IMG/VR virus record: IMGVR_UViG_3300025133_000147
Span: 1 to 52,763 of that record
Direction: 5' to 3' (one strand)
Length of the DNA: 52,763 nt
From: a virus
Lineage: Duplodnaviria > Caudoviricetes
A program made the translations under genes and the position numbers. The notes under the pieces were generated by a model. It was given only the letters and a program-made list of their open reading frames with translations. It made no database searches and was not told where the DNA came from. Shown piece by piece: positions 1 to 8,896 of the stretch (position 1 is the stretch's first letter; each line of letters opens with the position of its first letter).

Positions 1-1
1 C

Positions 2-1804
2 TTCTACCCTCGCTTTGTTGATGTGGGTGCGTACATGCTCATTCTTGTGGATGGAATGCGTCCCAGGAAGTGGGATGGTCGCATCCTGTCTATGGTGGGG
101 ATTCAGGAAGTCCCAGAGCCCATTCAAGCCGTTGTTATTCTCGGCAAGGGGGATAAAGAGGGGAGTAGTCCCACAGATAAGCCAGTGGTGGTGGGAGACT
201 TTTGGGAGAGTCACTCGTTCGATCAGGACGACGCCACTGCCGCAGACCTTGAGTACTATCAGACCTTTGTGAACATGTACGGACAGGAGTCAAACCTGTC
301 TGCAGTGTCTAACAGACTGGTGTTGAATGACTACTTAGGGGTTGATGCAAAGAGGTCATTTGATACGTCCGTGTCTCTCCCAGACTCCCTTGGCCCAACG
401 ACTGCAGCGTCAACAGTTAGTGTGACCACTGAGGGATCTTACTCTACTGATGGAACAGCGAGCGCGACCCCTATTACGCTGTCGAATGTCATTAGGGACG
501 CTGACAAGAAGAACCTCAGACTTGTCTCCTTTCTTAGGCTGGGAGATCCACCTAATCAGCACGACATTGTTCAGAGACTTCTTTACAGGAGCGTTGGGGG
601 GCAGACCCCTGTTGCCTTGCCTCGCAGGCTAGGCGTGGCATCGAACACTCACTTCGATGTTAGACGGGTCGCAACCGCCTCAGTGACTCCTGCCCCGTCC
701 CCTGGAGAGAACAACCCCCCGCCTTCTGCGCGCTGGGCCTTTTCTTTTAGGGGGCGGGTTTATTACAGAGGAGAGAACTCTCTTCTCCACTACTCCAAGG
801 TGAACTTCCCAGAGGCTGTCTCTGTCGCGAACTTCATTGAGATCAACTCTAATGACGGAGATGAGATCACAGCTTGGGGTGCGGCTCAGGACTACGCGAT
901 TATCTTTAAGAGGAACAGCGCATACCTCCTTACGCACAGTAAGACCAACGACCCAATCATTACTCCTCTGCAGTCCACCTTTGGCGCAGTCACAGACAGG
1001 GCTGTAATCAGCTTCGACAACAACACCTACTTCATGTCTGACGTTGGGTTCCACCTGTTTGACGGGTCCAGCTTTAAGAGGCTCTCTTCAGTCTTAGATG
1101 AGATGGTGAAGCAGCTTCCCAAGCACACTAGAGAAGCGGCCACTGTCTTCGCTGACAGGCAGGAGAACCGTGTTTACGTTTCGGTTAACGGGAACCCTGG
1201 TGTGGAGAACAACGAGGTCTGGGTGATTCACACAGACACTGGTGCGTTCACCATCATTAAGGACAGGTCTGTTGTGGCTGCTATCCCATACAAGGGTGAG
1301 GTTGTTATCGCTTCTAATTCAGACTCAGATGGGAATGCGAACCTGTTCCTCTGGGGATGTGGTTACGACCTCGATGGGGAGGCTTTCACCGGGAGCTACT
1401 CCACTGAGTGGCTTGAGCTGAAGAACCCTCATAGCGACAAGCGCTTCTATAAGATTCTCTTGTACTTCATCCAGACTGGGGACATCTCAATGAACGTGTC
1501 TTGGTACACGGACTGGGACGACAGGACGGCATCCGGCTCAACGACAGTGAAGGTGGACGCAGATGATGCGGTGGAGTGGGGGTCTGCAGTTAACTGGGAC
1601 ACCACCAAGACCTGGGATGAGCGCAGGCTTGTCAGTAAGTTCGTTGACTTGCCTGAGGGCGAGGGAACACCTCAAGCAATTATCGCTAAGTCAATTAGGT
1701 TTAAGTTTGAAACGGACGAATTAAATACCCCGTTCCGCCTAGTTGGGTGGCAGGTTGTTGCTGACGACTATGGCGAGAGAGCAGAGGGGAGTGCTAAGCG
1801 ATGA
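2..1804 (+). CDS. Tail nozzle / head-stabilization protein (P22 gp10 / tail tubular protein B-like), 5' partial
   Basis: Frame is open from base 2 (FYPRFVDVG...). Beta-propeller-like segments typical of podovirus nozzles (FRGRVYY, LHYSKVNFPE, DGDEIT, IIFKRNS, GFHLFDGSSF). Lies after the adaptor gene when the window is circularised. Confidence 0.7.
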   Translation, partial: FYPRFVDVGAYMLILVDGMRPRKWDGRILSMVGIQEVPEPIQAVVILGKGDKEGSSPTDKPVVVGDFWESHSFDQDDATAADLEYYQTFVNMYGQESNLSAVSNRLVLNDYLGVDAKRSFDTSVSLPDSLGPTTAASTVSVTTEGSYSTDGTASATPITLSNVIRDADKKNLRLVSFLRLGDPPNQHDIVQRLLYRSVGGQTPVALPRRLGVASNTHFDVRRVATASVTPAPSPGENNPPPSARWAFSFRGRVYYRGENSLLHYSKVNFPEAVSVANFIEINSNDGDEITAWGAAQDYAIIFKRNSAYLLTHSKTNDPIITPLQSTFGAVTDRAVISFDNNTYFMSDVGFHLFDGSSFKRLSSVLDEMVKQLPKHTREAATVFADRQENRVYVSVNGNPGVENNEVWVIHTDTGAFTIIKDRSVVAAIPYKGEVVIASNSDSDGNANLFLWGCGYDLDGEAFTGSYSTEWLELKNPHSDKRFYKILLYFIQTGDISMNVSWYTDWDDRTASGSTTVKVDADDAVEWGSAVNWDTTKTWDERRLVSKFVDLPEGEGTPQAIIAKSIRFKFETDELNTPFRLVGWQVVADDYGERAEGSAKR

Positions 1805-2004
1805 GCGATGACAGGCTCTTAGACAAGCTCTACCGGGCGGCTGTTTACTCTGACACTGGGATCTCGACGGCGAATCTAGACAGAGACTTGCTCAAGGCTG
1901 TGAATAAGGCCCTCCGCACTGTTGGTGGGTCTTCGATAAAGAGCCTTGAGGATTCTGGTGCGATTAGGCGCGCAGTGCTTGTTCTGGAGGACGAGTCAGA
2001 ATGA
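1801..2004 (+). CDS. Hypothetical protein (tail module)
   Basis: 67 aa ORF coupled by ATGA overlaps to both neighbours. Confidence 0.6.
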   Translation: MSDDRLLDKLYRAAVYSDTGISTANLDRDLLKAVNKALRTVGGSSIKSLEDSGAIRRAVLVLEDESE

Positions 2005-2693
2005 AGTATGTGGTTAAGGAGCCGCCTCGCGATGGGCTTGTTGCTGACGCTGATGCGCTGATGCGTGAGTTCAATCGTGCAATAGCTGTTGTGCATGATG
2101 ACGTTGATCAGAACAACCTCTCTAACAACACGCTTAAGTGGAAGAAGATTGCTCACCCTGTGGAACAGTGGGAGTCCTCTACTAGCATTGTGGGAAAGGT
2201 GACAGCCACACCTACTGGCCCTATTGCTACTCCGCACTTCACTAATCAGGTTTCCGATCACACGCTAGACGTACCCGCTGCCTCTGAGGACGGGGACTAT
2301 GAGGAGCGTGCCGAGAGTAAGTTCTGGCAGTACATTGAGACCACCTCAGGGGTGAAGCTCTCTTTAGACAGCCTATCCTTAAACGAGGCTGCTGAGATGA
2401 CCATTATGGTTAACGGGCAGATACGGATAGCCGCTGAGGCGACTGTTAACGATGGTCTGTTTCGCACATCTATCTACGACATTAGAATCTTAGATGGGGG
2501 CTCTCCCCTCGACGCTTTCGTCACGGTGTCCTCTGAGACTAACCACGGGTACTTGCCGTTTCACATCTCTGCTAGGCCACTTCTTGTGGCTGGAGACCAT
2601 ACAATCAGAGTCCAGGTACGAGACAGGTCTGATGGGGAGGCTGCGTCTGTCGTCAGCGATACCGTGATCTGCGCTTATGGGTTTGTGCGGTAA
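2001..2693 (+). CDS. Putative tail/collar protein
   Basis: ATGA overlap. N-terminal ADALMREFN...DDVDQNNL motif shared with the next two genes; beta-rich C-terminus. Confidence 0.55.
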   Translation: MKYVVKEPPRDGLVADADALMREFNRAIAVVHDDVDQNNLSNNTLKWKKIAHPVEQWESSTSIVGKVTATPTGPIATPHFTNQVSDHTLDVPAASEDGDYEERAESKFWQYIETTSGVKLSLDSLSLNEAAEMTIMVNGQIRIAAEATVNDGLFRTSIYDIRILDGGSPLDAFVTVSSETNHGYLPFHISARPLLVAGDHTIRVQVRDRSDGEAASVVSDTVICAYGFVR

Positions 2694-3376
2694 TGGCTGG
2701 CCTCTCTAAACTAATCCTCCCTAGAAGCGCTCGCTCTGCGTCCGACGTTGCTGCTGACTTTAACTCTTTGAAGGATATTGTTAACGACCTCAGGGATGAC
2801 AACCTAGAGCCTGGGGCTGTCAACACACGGCACCTACTTGACAAGGCGCTCTCTTCTCCGACGCTCCCAGTAAAGAAGGTGTGGCGTAAGGAATTCAGCG
2901 CATTCAGTATAAGCCCCTCTTCGTACACAGAGGTGGTCCGGTTTGGAAACGTGGTTGACCCACCACCATCTCTTTATCAAGAGGACACTGTGGTGTTTGT
3001 TGTTGCGGAGCTTGTCGTTTATAACACCGCTGCTGCCACTACTCCGATAGCCGTCACCACTGCCAGCGATGTGTATGGCCTTTACTTAGACTTCGGTCAG
3101 TCACACACTCCGATCTTACCTTGGGCCGGGATGGTCCCCTCAACCACTCGTTACGTTACTCCTGGGTCTTCTTCTGCGAATGTCTTTGCTGAAATGACTG
3201 AAGTGGTTTTGTTTGGGTTTGCCCCTGTAGCTGCGTCGTCTACCTATTTCAATGCGAGGGTAATGGCTAAGTCCTTTGGGCAGACTGGTGTTCCGCTTGT
3301 TTACGACCTGACCTCCAACGGCTCTGCCGATGGCAGGGTCTCTGGAGCGATCACAGCCCTGGTGATTGCGCGATGA
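2693..3376 (+). CDS. Putative tail/collar protein
   Basis: TAATG overlap; N-terminal ASDVAADFN...DLRDDNL motif. Confidence 0.55.
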   Translation: MAGLSKLILPRSARSASDVAADFNSLKDIVNDLRDDNLEPGAVNTRHLLDKALSSPTLPVKKVWRKEFSAFSISPSSYTEVVRFGNVVDPPPSLYQEDTVVFVVAELVVYNTAAATTPIAVTTASDVYGLYLDFGQSHTPILPWAGMVPSTTRYVTPGSSSANVFAEMTEVVLFGFAPVAASSTYFNARVMAKSFGQTGVPLVYDLTSNGSADGRVSGAITALVIAR

Positions 3377-4206
3377 CTACATATCAAGGCCCTGATGCGG
3401 GGATAGCTAACGGCAACCCCTTCCTGGCGACTCAGGTGGAGGACTCCTTTGACAGGTTCGCTGAGTCTGTCAACGCTGTAGACGACACGAACTTCCCTAC
3501 AGACAACACGCTGACTTACCGGAGCGTCCACCCAGGTGCGCTCACCCAGACCTTTGGGGAGAGTCAGGTTATCTACGAAGAGCCTGCTTGTTGGGTGGCT
3601 ATTGGTAGGGGGGGAGCAGCAGGGTCTAAGCCAACGGATTACTCTCTGGGGTCTAGTGAGAACCTGTACACAGTGGATGGCTGCTCTACTCGCGTGGTGG
3701 TTAGCAGGGACGGGGTCATCAAGGTTAATAGCTTCATTGAGGTTGAGTCTATTAAGGTGTCTCAGGAGATCAAAGAGGGTGCGACTACAAGGAAAATCTG
3801 GACGGCAGACCTAGACATTGAGTTCAAGCTTAAGTTCATGGAGGCTGGGGAGACCCACGCCTCAGCCACTACCCTTCACACTGTGCGGAGGCGACAGAAG
3901 GTGCTGGTGTGGGACGGGGGAGGCAGCGCCCCCACTGGTGACGCGGCGTATGAAGCAGCTAAGGGGTACCGTCGCGGACTATCTGTTTCTCTTGGGGATG
4001 ACGTTACTGTTTCTGGGGCTGACCCTAACGGCTCTGCTTACGATATCTTTGTAACGGTTGAACCCACCATTGTTGCTGCTCATGCGGAAAGCGCTGCTGG
4101 CACTTCAGACCGCGCTCTGTCGGACGCAGATTATAACGGGATGCTCTTTTTAGCCCACCTAAGAAGTCGTAGTCGTTACACTTCCGCTCGTTTCTTTCTA
4201 GAGTAG
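3373..4206 (+). CDS. Putative tail/collar protein
   Basis: ATGA overlap; N-terminal ATQVEDSFD...AVDDTNF motif. Confidence 0.55.
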   Translation: MTTYQGPDAGIANGNPFLATQVEDSFDRFAESVNAVDDTNFPTDNTLTYRSVHPGALTQTFGESQVIYEEPACWVAIGRGGAAGSKPTDYSLGSSENLYTVDGCSTRVVVSRDGVIKVNSFIEVESIKVSQEIKEGATTRKIWTADLDIEFKLKFMEAGETHASATTLHTVRRRQKVLVWDGGGSAPTGDAAYEAAKGYRRGLSVSLGDDVTVSGADPNGSAYDIFVTVEPTIVAAHAESAAGTSDRALSDADYNGMLFLAHLRSRSRYTSARFFLE

Positions 4207-4213
4207 GTACATC

Positions 4214-4888
4214 ATGTCTATCGAAGATCTATTCAGAACCAGATTTACTGAGCCTCTGCCCATGTCCTATTACAAGCCCCTGTTTGGGGAAGAGGAGATG
4301 CTGGGATTGCAGGCTGCTCGCCCTCGCCTTGAGGGTAGGACTGATGTTCCTATTGGGGCTACTGGTTTGACTGGTGCTGGGATTGTAGCTGCTGGTCAGC
4401 GTGAGGCTTCTCGGGCTGCTGCCTTGGGAGACATAGTTGCTCAGGCTCGCGGACAACGCATAAGAGCTAGAGAGGCGGCTAATCTGAAGCGCATTCAGGA
4501 GCGCGCTGCTGCAGAGTCTGCTGCTCGTCAACAACAGGCTCGCGCTATTGGGAATGTCATGGCTGGGGTTGGTCAGGCCGCTGGGAGCTTGGAGGGCATC
4601 TTCTCTGACAAGAAAGTGCAGGCTCACTTTAAGGGGCTGAAGGAGCAGAGAGAGGCTCGTAAGCTGGAGAGGGATCTGCTTCAGGGTAGTCGTGGAGGAA
4701 TTCGCCCACAGGTTCAGGCTATGCGTAGCATGGTTAGTCCTGAGGGAGTTGGGGCTGGGAGCGTTAACAACATGTTCGGAGGCCCCACCTATGAGTCTGG
4801 CGGAGACAATGCTACTGAGCGTCTTCTGGCTGACATTGACTTAGACAACAAGTGGAGCAACACAACGGGAACTTGGGGTGGCTTCTAA
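4214..4888 (+). CDS. Putative internal virion (ejection/pilot) protein
   Basis: Ala/Gln/Arg-rich helical protein with a Gly-rich segment, at the head of the four-gene block after the tail genes. Confidence 0.5.
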   Translation: MSIEDLFRTRFTEPLPMSYYKPLFGEEEMLGLQAARPRLEGRTDVPIGATGLTGAGIVAAGQREASRAAALGDIVAQARGQRIRAREAANLKRIQERAAAESAARQQQARAIGNVMAGVGQAAGSLEGIFSDKKVQAHFKGLKEQREARKLERDLLQGSRGGIRPQVQAMRSMVSPEGVGAGSVNNMFGGPTYESGGDNATERLLADIDLDNKWSNTTGTWGGF

Positions 4889-5595
4889 TGGCACGCAGAC
4901 CAGACAGACGAGACGGGGGCAGGTCCTTCGGCATTAACGAAGAGGCCCTTAGCAGAGACATCCAGAGAGCCCAGCGAGCTGCTATGGGCACGGGCATGCA
5001 GATTGGCAGGGAGGCCACTGACGCGGCGCGTGGAGCCTCCGCTATCTATGCTGACCAGCTCTCCTCTGCTCGCGGAATTGGTGGGTCTGGCTTAGGCGAG
5101 ACTCTTCGTGGTCTGATGTCTTCAGCTGACGCTGATGCAATCAACCAAGCAGAGGCTCGACGTAAGGCAAGACTTCTTCAGGACGCTCAGGGTATTGGAG
5201 CGTCTATGTTGGCTGAGAAGACTGCGGCTAAGCAGGCTAAGGCAGAGAAGAGGCTTACAGGCGCGTCTATTGCTGGGTCTGCTGCTGCTGCTCTTGGCGG
5301 GATAGGGGGGGCTTTGTCGGCTATCCCCGGTCTTCAGATCCCAGGTGGCATCATGGCTGCTATTGGTGCTGGGGCTGGGGGTGCTGCTGGTGCCGGGTCT
5401 GCCGTAGCTAAGGGGGACATCTCTAAGATCCAGAGCCAAGCTGCTGGATTTAAAATGCCTGAAGTCGAGTTGCCTGAAGCCGTTCGGTTTGCTGGTCAAG
5501 ACAATATCTTCACTGGTGGGGTTGAAGACCCTAAGCGTAAGAGGCGTTCAGAAGACAGCTTCGCAGAAGTCCTCTCCAACTACTCCTTCAGTTAA
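4888..5595 (+). CDS. Putative ejection protein with glycine-zipper hydrophobic segment (P22 gp7-like position)
   Basis: Start re-assigned to ATG 4888 (TAATG overlap). Long Gly/Ala hydrophobic tract GSAAAALGGIGGALSAIPGLQIPGGIMAAIGAGAGGAAG. Confidence 0.55.
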   Translation: MARRPDRRDGGRSFGINEEALSRDIQRAQRAAMGTGMQIGREATDAARGASAIYADQLSSARGIGGSGLGETLRGLMSSADADAINQAEARRKARLLQDAQGIGASMLAEKTAAKQAKAEKRLTGASIAGSAAAALGGIGGALSAIPGLQIPGGIMAAIGAGAGGAAGAGSAVAKGDISKIQSQAAGFKMPEVELPEAVRFAGQDNIFTGGVEDPKRKRRSEDSFAEVLSNYSFS

Positions 5596-5606
5596 TAGGA
5601 ACAACA

Positions 5607-8600
5607 ATGCCCTTCATCCTCCCTGCTGGTGATTACGAAGCTGCCTTACGAATGGCTGGTGCCTCTAACTTTATGGAGGCGTTTGAGTCTGGCATTGACC
5701 GCAATCTTCGTCGTCGTGCTCAGAGAGAGGGCATGCGTCAGCAGCGTGAGCTATTTGAGCAGGGGCAGGCAACCCGCTTTGGGCGTGGGATGAAGGAGGA
5801 GGAGCTTGGCAGTTGGTCGGACGGGGATGAGGAGGCTCTCGTTGCTCAGATTCAGCAAGCTGGCGCGACTGAGGCTGCTCTTGCTGATGTCGTTACAGCT
5901 GCCTCCACTCAGGCTGCTGGGCCTGCCCCATCTTCGATCTCATATGGGGATGAAAGCGGCGTTGTTTCGGTTGATGACGTTGATCGCCAAGGACTTTCCT
6001 ACGGTCCTGGGTCTGGTGTTGTGTCGGTTGAGGATGCCATTCGTCAAGGGATTGCCTACGGCCCAGGCTCTGGCGTTGTTTCTATGCGAGATGTCCCTCG
6101 TCGTGGTGTTTCGTATGGCGCAGGTTCTGGGTTGGTCTCTATAGAGGACGCTCTTAGAAACCAGATTGCCTACGGCCCAGGGACGGGGGTAGCGTCCATT
6201 TCTGAGGATAGATTTAGACTCCCTCCTTCTCGCGGAGGCGTTGTGTCCATTGAAGATGCCCCCGCTCAGGTTGAGCCTAGGGCTCTTGATCCACGTCAAT
6301 CTGCCTTTGTTCCTGGCACATCCCAGGCTCAGGTTGAGCCTAGGGCTCTTGATTCAGTGTACGGCTCAGTCGCTCCCCCTCTCCTAGGGCCTAAGACTTC
6401 TCCTGGGTATAGGCCCCCTGGAAGGCAGTACACCCAGCAAGAGCTTGCCTTGGGGACTCCTCGCCCTGGCGTGGCTTACGGTCCAGCGCGCCCTGTCGGC
6501 GTTGTCACTCCTGACCCAGACCCCGTAATTACTGAGATCTGGAGAGCGCCTAACGTGGTTGATGTGGGCTCCCTCCCCCCAGAAGAGTTTGCCTTAGCGA
6601 CTCCCCGTGGAGAGAGCCAGCGAGAGGTTCAACTTAGAGAGGCTGTTAGGCTTATCTCTGAGGGTCGAGCCGTGGACGCACAAGAACTCCTTGGAGCGTC
6701 CGGCAAAGCCTATCCAAGCTTAGGCGTGGAGACGGCTGCCGAAGGTCCAACCATCCCCCCTGAGGGTGACGCTGTGTCCGATGCCGCTAGTGCGGCAGGA
6801 GCTATCGGGGCTAGTTTCCCTGGTGGAGGCGGCTCGTCTGCTATCCAGGCTGCGTTGAGCGCTATGGCTGGTGCGCCACTGGAGGAGCCTGCCCCCACCT
6901 CTCTCCAGAGAATGGCTGACAGGGCAAAGGAGTTTGAAAGCCCTGAGTTTGGCACCCCACGGGCGATGGTTGATGAGGCTGTTCAGGAGGCTGTGTCCCC
7001 CCTTGATGCGGCAATAGCTACTGGCGCTGAAGAGAGTGAGGAGGTCAGCCTACGACAAGCCCCCCTCCCAGAGGAGCCTGACCGTACTCCCGTCGAAGTC
7101 ACAGACGAGAAGACTGGCAAGGTTCACACGGTGAAGCCTGGGGAGTTTGTTTACGGTATCGCTAAGCTTTACAACGTGAGCCCGCAGGCTTTGATTAAAG
7201 CTAACCAGTCCCTGTTCATCGGTAAGGACGGAAAGGTTCGTAGCCTTAAGACGGGTGGAGGAAAGACCCTTTCTGGTGCTGACCTCATCTTCCCTGGAGA
7301 GAAGATACGGATCCCAACTGGAGCGGGCAGAGAGACTGGTGGACCTGCTGGCCCGGTAGACAAGAGGGAGGGGGTAGGCGAAGGCCCCCTAGCTAAGGCA
7401 GACAAGGAGGCTACCTCTGAGGCTGGCGCTCGCGTCATTCTAGAGAAGGTTCAGGCTAAGACCCCAGACAAGTTGATTAACCCATTCCAGGCGTTTGGCA
7501 ATCCAATAGACTATGCCCCTGAATTAAGCTCGGTAGCCTCCGCTGTTTACATGGCTGAGAGAGGGTACTGGAGCGACCTAAACTTTCTGGCTGGCACGAC
7601 TGTGAAAAATAGTGAGTTGCCTGGGTTCCTCGCCCGGTACAGGCACTTCGTTCGTGGTGCCAAGAGGAAGTCTAGAGAGATAGACCTGACTAAGAAGCTT
7701 GCTGAGGAGACTAAGGCTAACGCAGCTAAGCAGAGGGCGGCTAACGCTTACACCTCTTTAGCCCTTAAGGAGATCCACAGAAGCGGAGTGACGGGTGAGG
7801 ACGCGCAGGTGGTGGCGGGTCACTTTGGCGACCTGTACTCCAGCGGGGATACCGCTGCTGCCAACATGTTCCTGAAGAACATCTTCAGCACCACCGCTGC
7901 CAAGACCAAAGCAGCTGCCGCTGTTGAGGCGGCTCGCGTTAAGAACATTCGTAGGGGTGACAGGCGCACTGGGGTTGTGGCTCCTGATGGTAGGGGCGAT
8001 GCGAAGCAGATTAAGGCAGCAGTGTCTGAGCTTGATAAACTTGTGGACAACCGCAACAACGCTCTGTCGCAGCTCGTTAAGATTAGCCCCCTAAGCGAGG
8101 GCATAATCCCAACCCCTGAGGACTTGGCTAAGATGGAGTCCAACCCAACCTACGGGAAGGCGGCACGGGCTTACAGGGAAGCTAACGAAGCGGTTCTTTA
8201 CGGGAATGATCGGCTAAAGGTGCTTCGCTTCGGAAGGCCTCCACCTCCCCCCCCGTTCAGCCTTGGCGACAAGACCCCGATTGAGTTTGCTGAAGGGAAC
8301 AAGAGCATACAGGCTGGTCTGGCGAGTGTGCGTAGCGGGAATATAACCTGGGATAACTTTGAAAAGACCATCTCAGCCAAGACATCCCCTGAGGTTTCTG
8401 CTGCGATTGTGAAGCACTACAGAGATTCTGTGGAAGCGACCCCACAAGCACCCCCAGTCAAGACTCTTAGGAGTGAGCAGGGTATTGCCGCCGAAGCCAA
8501 GCTAGTCTCTGCCAGGAAACCGCTCAGTGCCTCTGCCGCTAAGCAACAGTCTAGAAGGTCTGCTGAGTTGAAAGAGGAGGCCCGTGAAGCGTCTAAAATT

Positions 8601-8891
8601 AGCAGGAACAGAGAGTTGCTGGCTAGGTTCAACGAGGTTACCTCTCGGGCAGAAGATCTTTTAATCCAGAGGAATGCCGGGGAGCGTCTAGGCGCATCGG
8701 ACTCTGAGGCTGTTGTCTCGGACCTGAAGGATCTCCTCTCTGATCTTTCGGAGAAGCGTCAGCTTGAAGGGGGACAGCTGAGGGGAGAGGCAGCGTATGG
8801 GGCCGGGATCCCATCTGAACTCCGTCGCGGGGTGAGTACTGGTGAAGACATAAGAAACTTACAGTTCTTCATTAGTCAGCTTGGCGGGTAG
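5607..8891 (+). CDS. Internal virion/ejection protein with LysM domain and 19-aa tandem repeats
   Basis: LysM signature HTVKPGE..YGIAKLYNVS..ALIKAN...LIFPGEKIRIP at about 7125-7316; five 19-aa repeats at 5937-6221; AGGA RBS. Confidence 0.65.
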   Translation: MPFILPAGDYEAALRMAGASNFMEAFESGIDRNLRRRAQREGMRQQRELFEQGQATRFGRGMKEEELGSWSDGDEEALVAQIQQAGATEAALADVVTAASTQAAGPAPSSISYGDESGVVSVDDVDRQGLSYGPGSGVVSVEDAIRQGIAYGPGSGVVSMRDVPRRGVSYGAGSGLVSIEDALRNQIAYGPGTGVASISEDRFRLPPSRGGVVSIEDAPAQVEPRALDPRQSAFVPGTSQAQVEPRALDSVYGSVAPPLLGPKTSPGYRPPGRQYTQQELALGTPRPGVAYGPARPVGVVTPDPDPVITEIWRAPNVVDVGSLPPEEFALATPRGESQREVQLREAVRLISEGRAVDAQELLGASGKAYPSLGVETAAEGPTIPPEGDAVSDAASAAGAIGASFPGGGGSSAIQAALSAMAGAPLEEPAPTSLQRMADRAKEFESPEFGTPRAMVDEAVQEAVSPLDAAIATGAEESEEVSLRQAPLPEEPDRTPVEVTDEKTGKVHTVKPGEFVYGIAKLYNVSPQALIKANQSLFIGKDGKVRSLKTGGGKTLSGADLIFPGEKIRIPTGAGRETGGPAGPVDKREGVGEGPLAKADKEATSEAGARVILEKVQAKTPDKLINPFQAFGNPIDYAPELSSVASAVYMAERGYWSDLNFLAGTTVKNSELPGFLARYRHFVRGAKRKSREIDLTKKLAEETKANAAKQRAANAYTSLALKEIHRSGVTGEDAQVVAGHFGDLYSSGDTAAANMFLKNIFSTTAAKTKAAAAVEAARVKNIRRGDRRTGVVAPDGRGDAKQIKAAVSELDKLVDNRNNALSQLVKISPLSEGIIPTPEDLAKMESNPTYGKAARAYREANEAVLYGNDRLKVLRFGRPPPPPPFSLGDKTPIEFAEGNKSIQAGLASVRSGNITWDNFEKTISAKTSPEVSAAIVKHYRDSVEATPQAPPVKTLRSEQGIAAEAKLVSARKPLSASAAKQQSRRSAELKEEAREASKISRNRELLARFNEVTSRAEDLLIQRNAGERLGASDSEAVVSDLKDLLSDLSEKRQLEGGQLRGEAAYGAGIPSELRRGVSTGEDIRNLQFFISQLGG
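5937..6221 (+). repeat. Five degenerate 57-nt (19-aa) intragenic tandem repeats
   Basis: ISYGDESGVVSVDDVDRQG / LSYGPGSGVVSVEDAIRQG / IAYGPGSGVVSMRDVPRRG / VSYGAGSGLVSIEDALRNQ / IAYGPGTGVASISEDRFRL. Also an exact 27-nt duplication at 6264-6290 and 6327-6353. Confidence 0.9.
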
Positions 8892-8896
8892 CTTCA

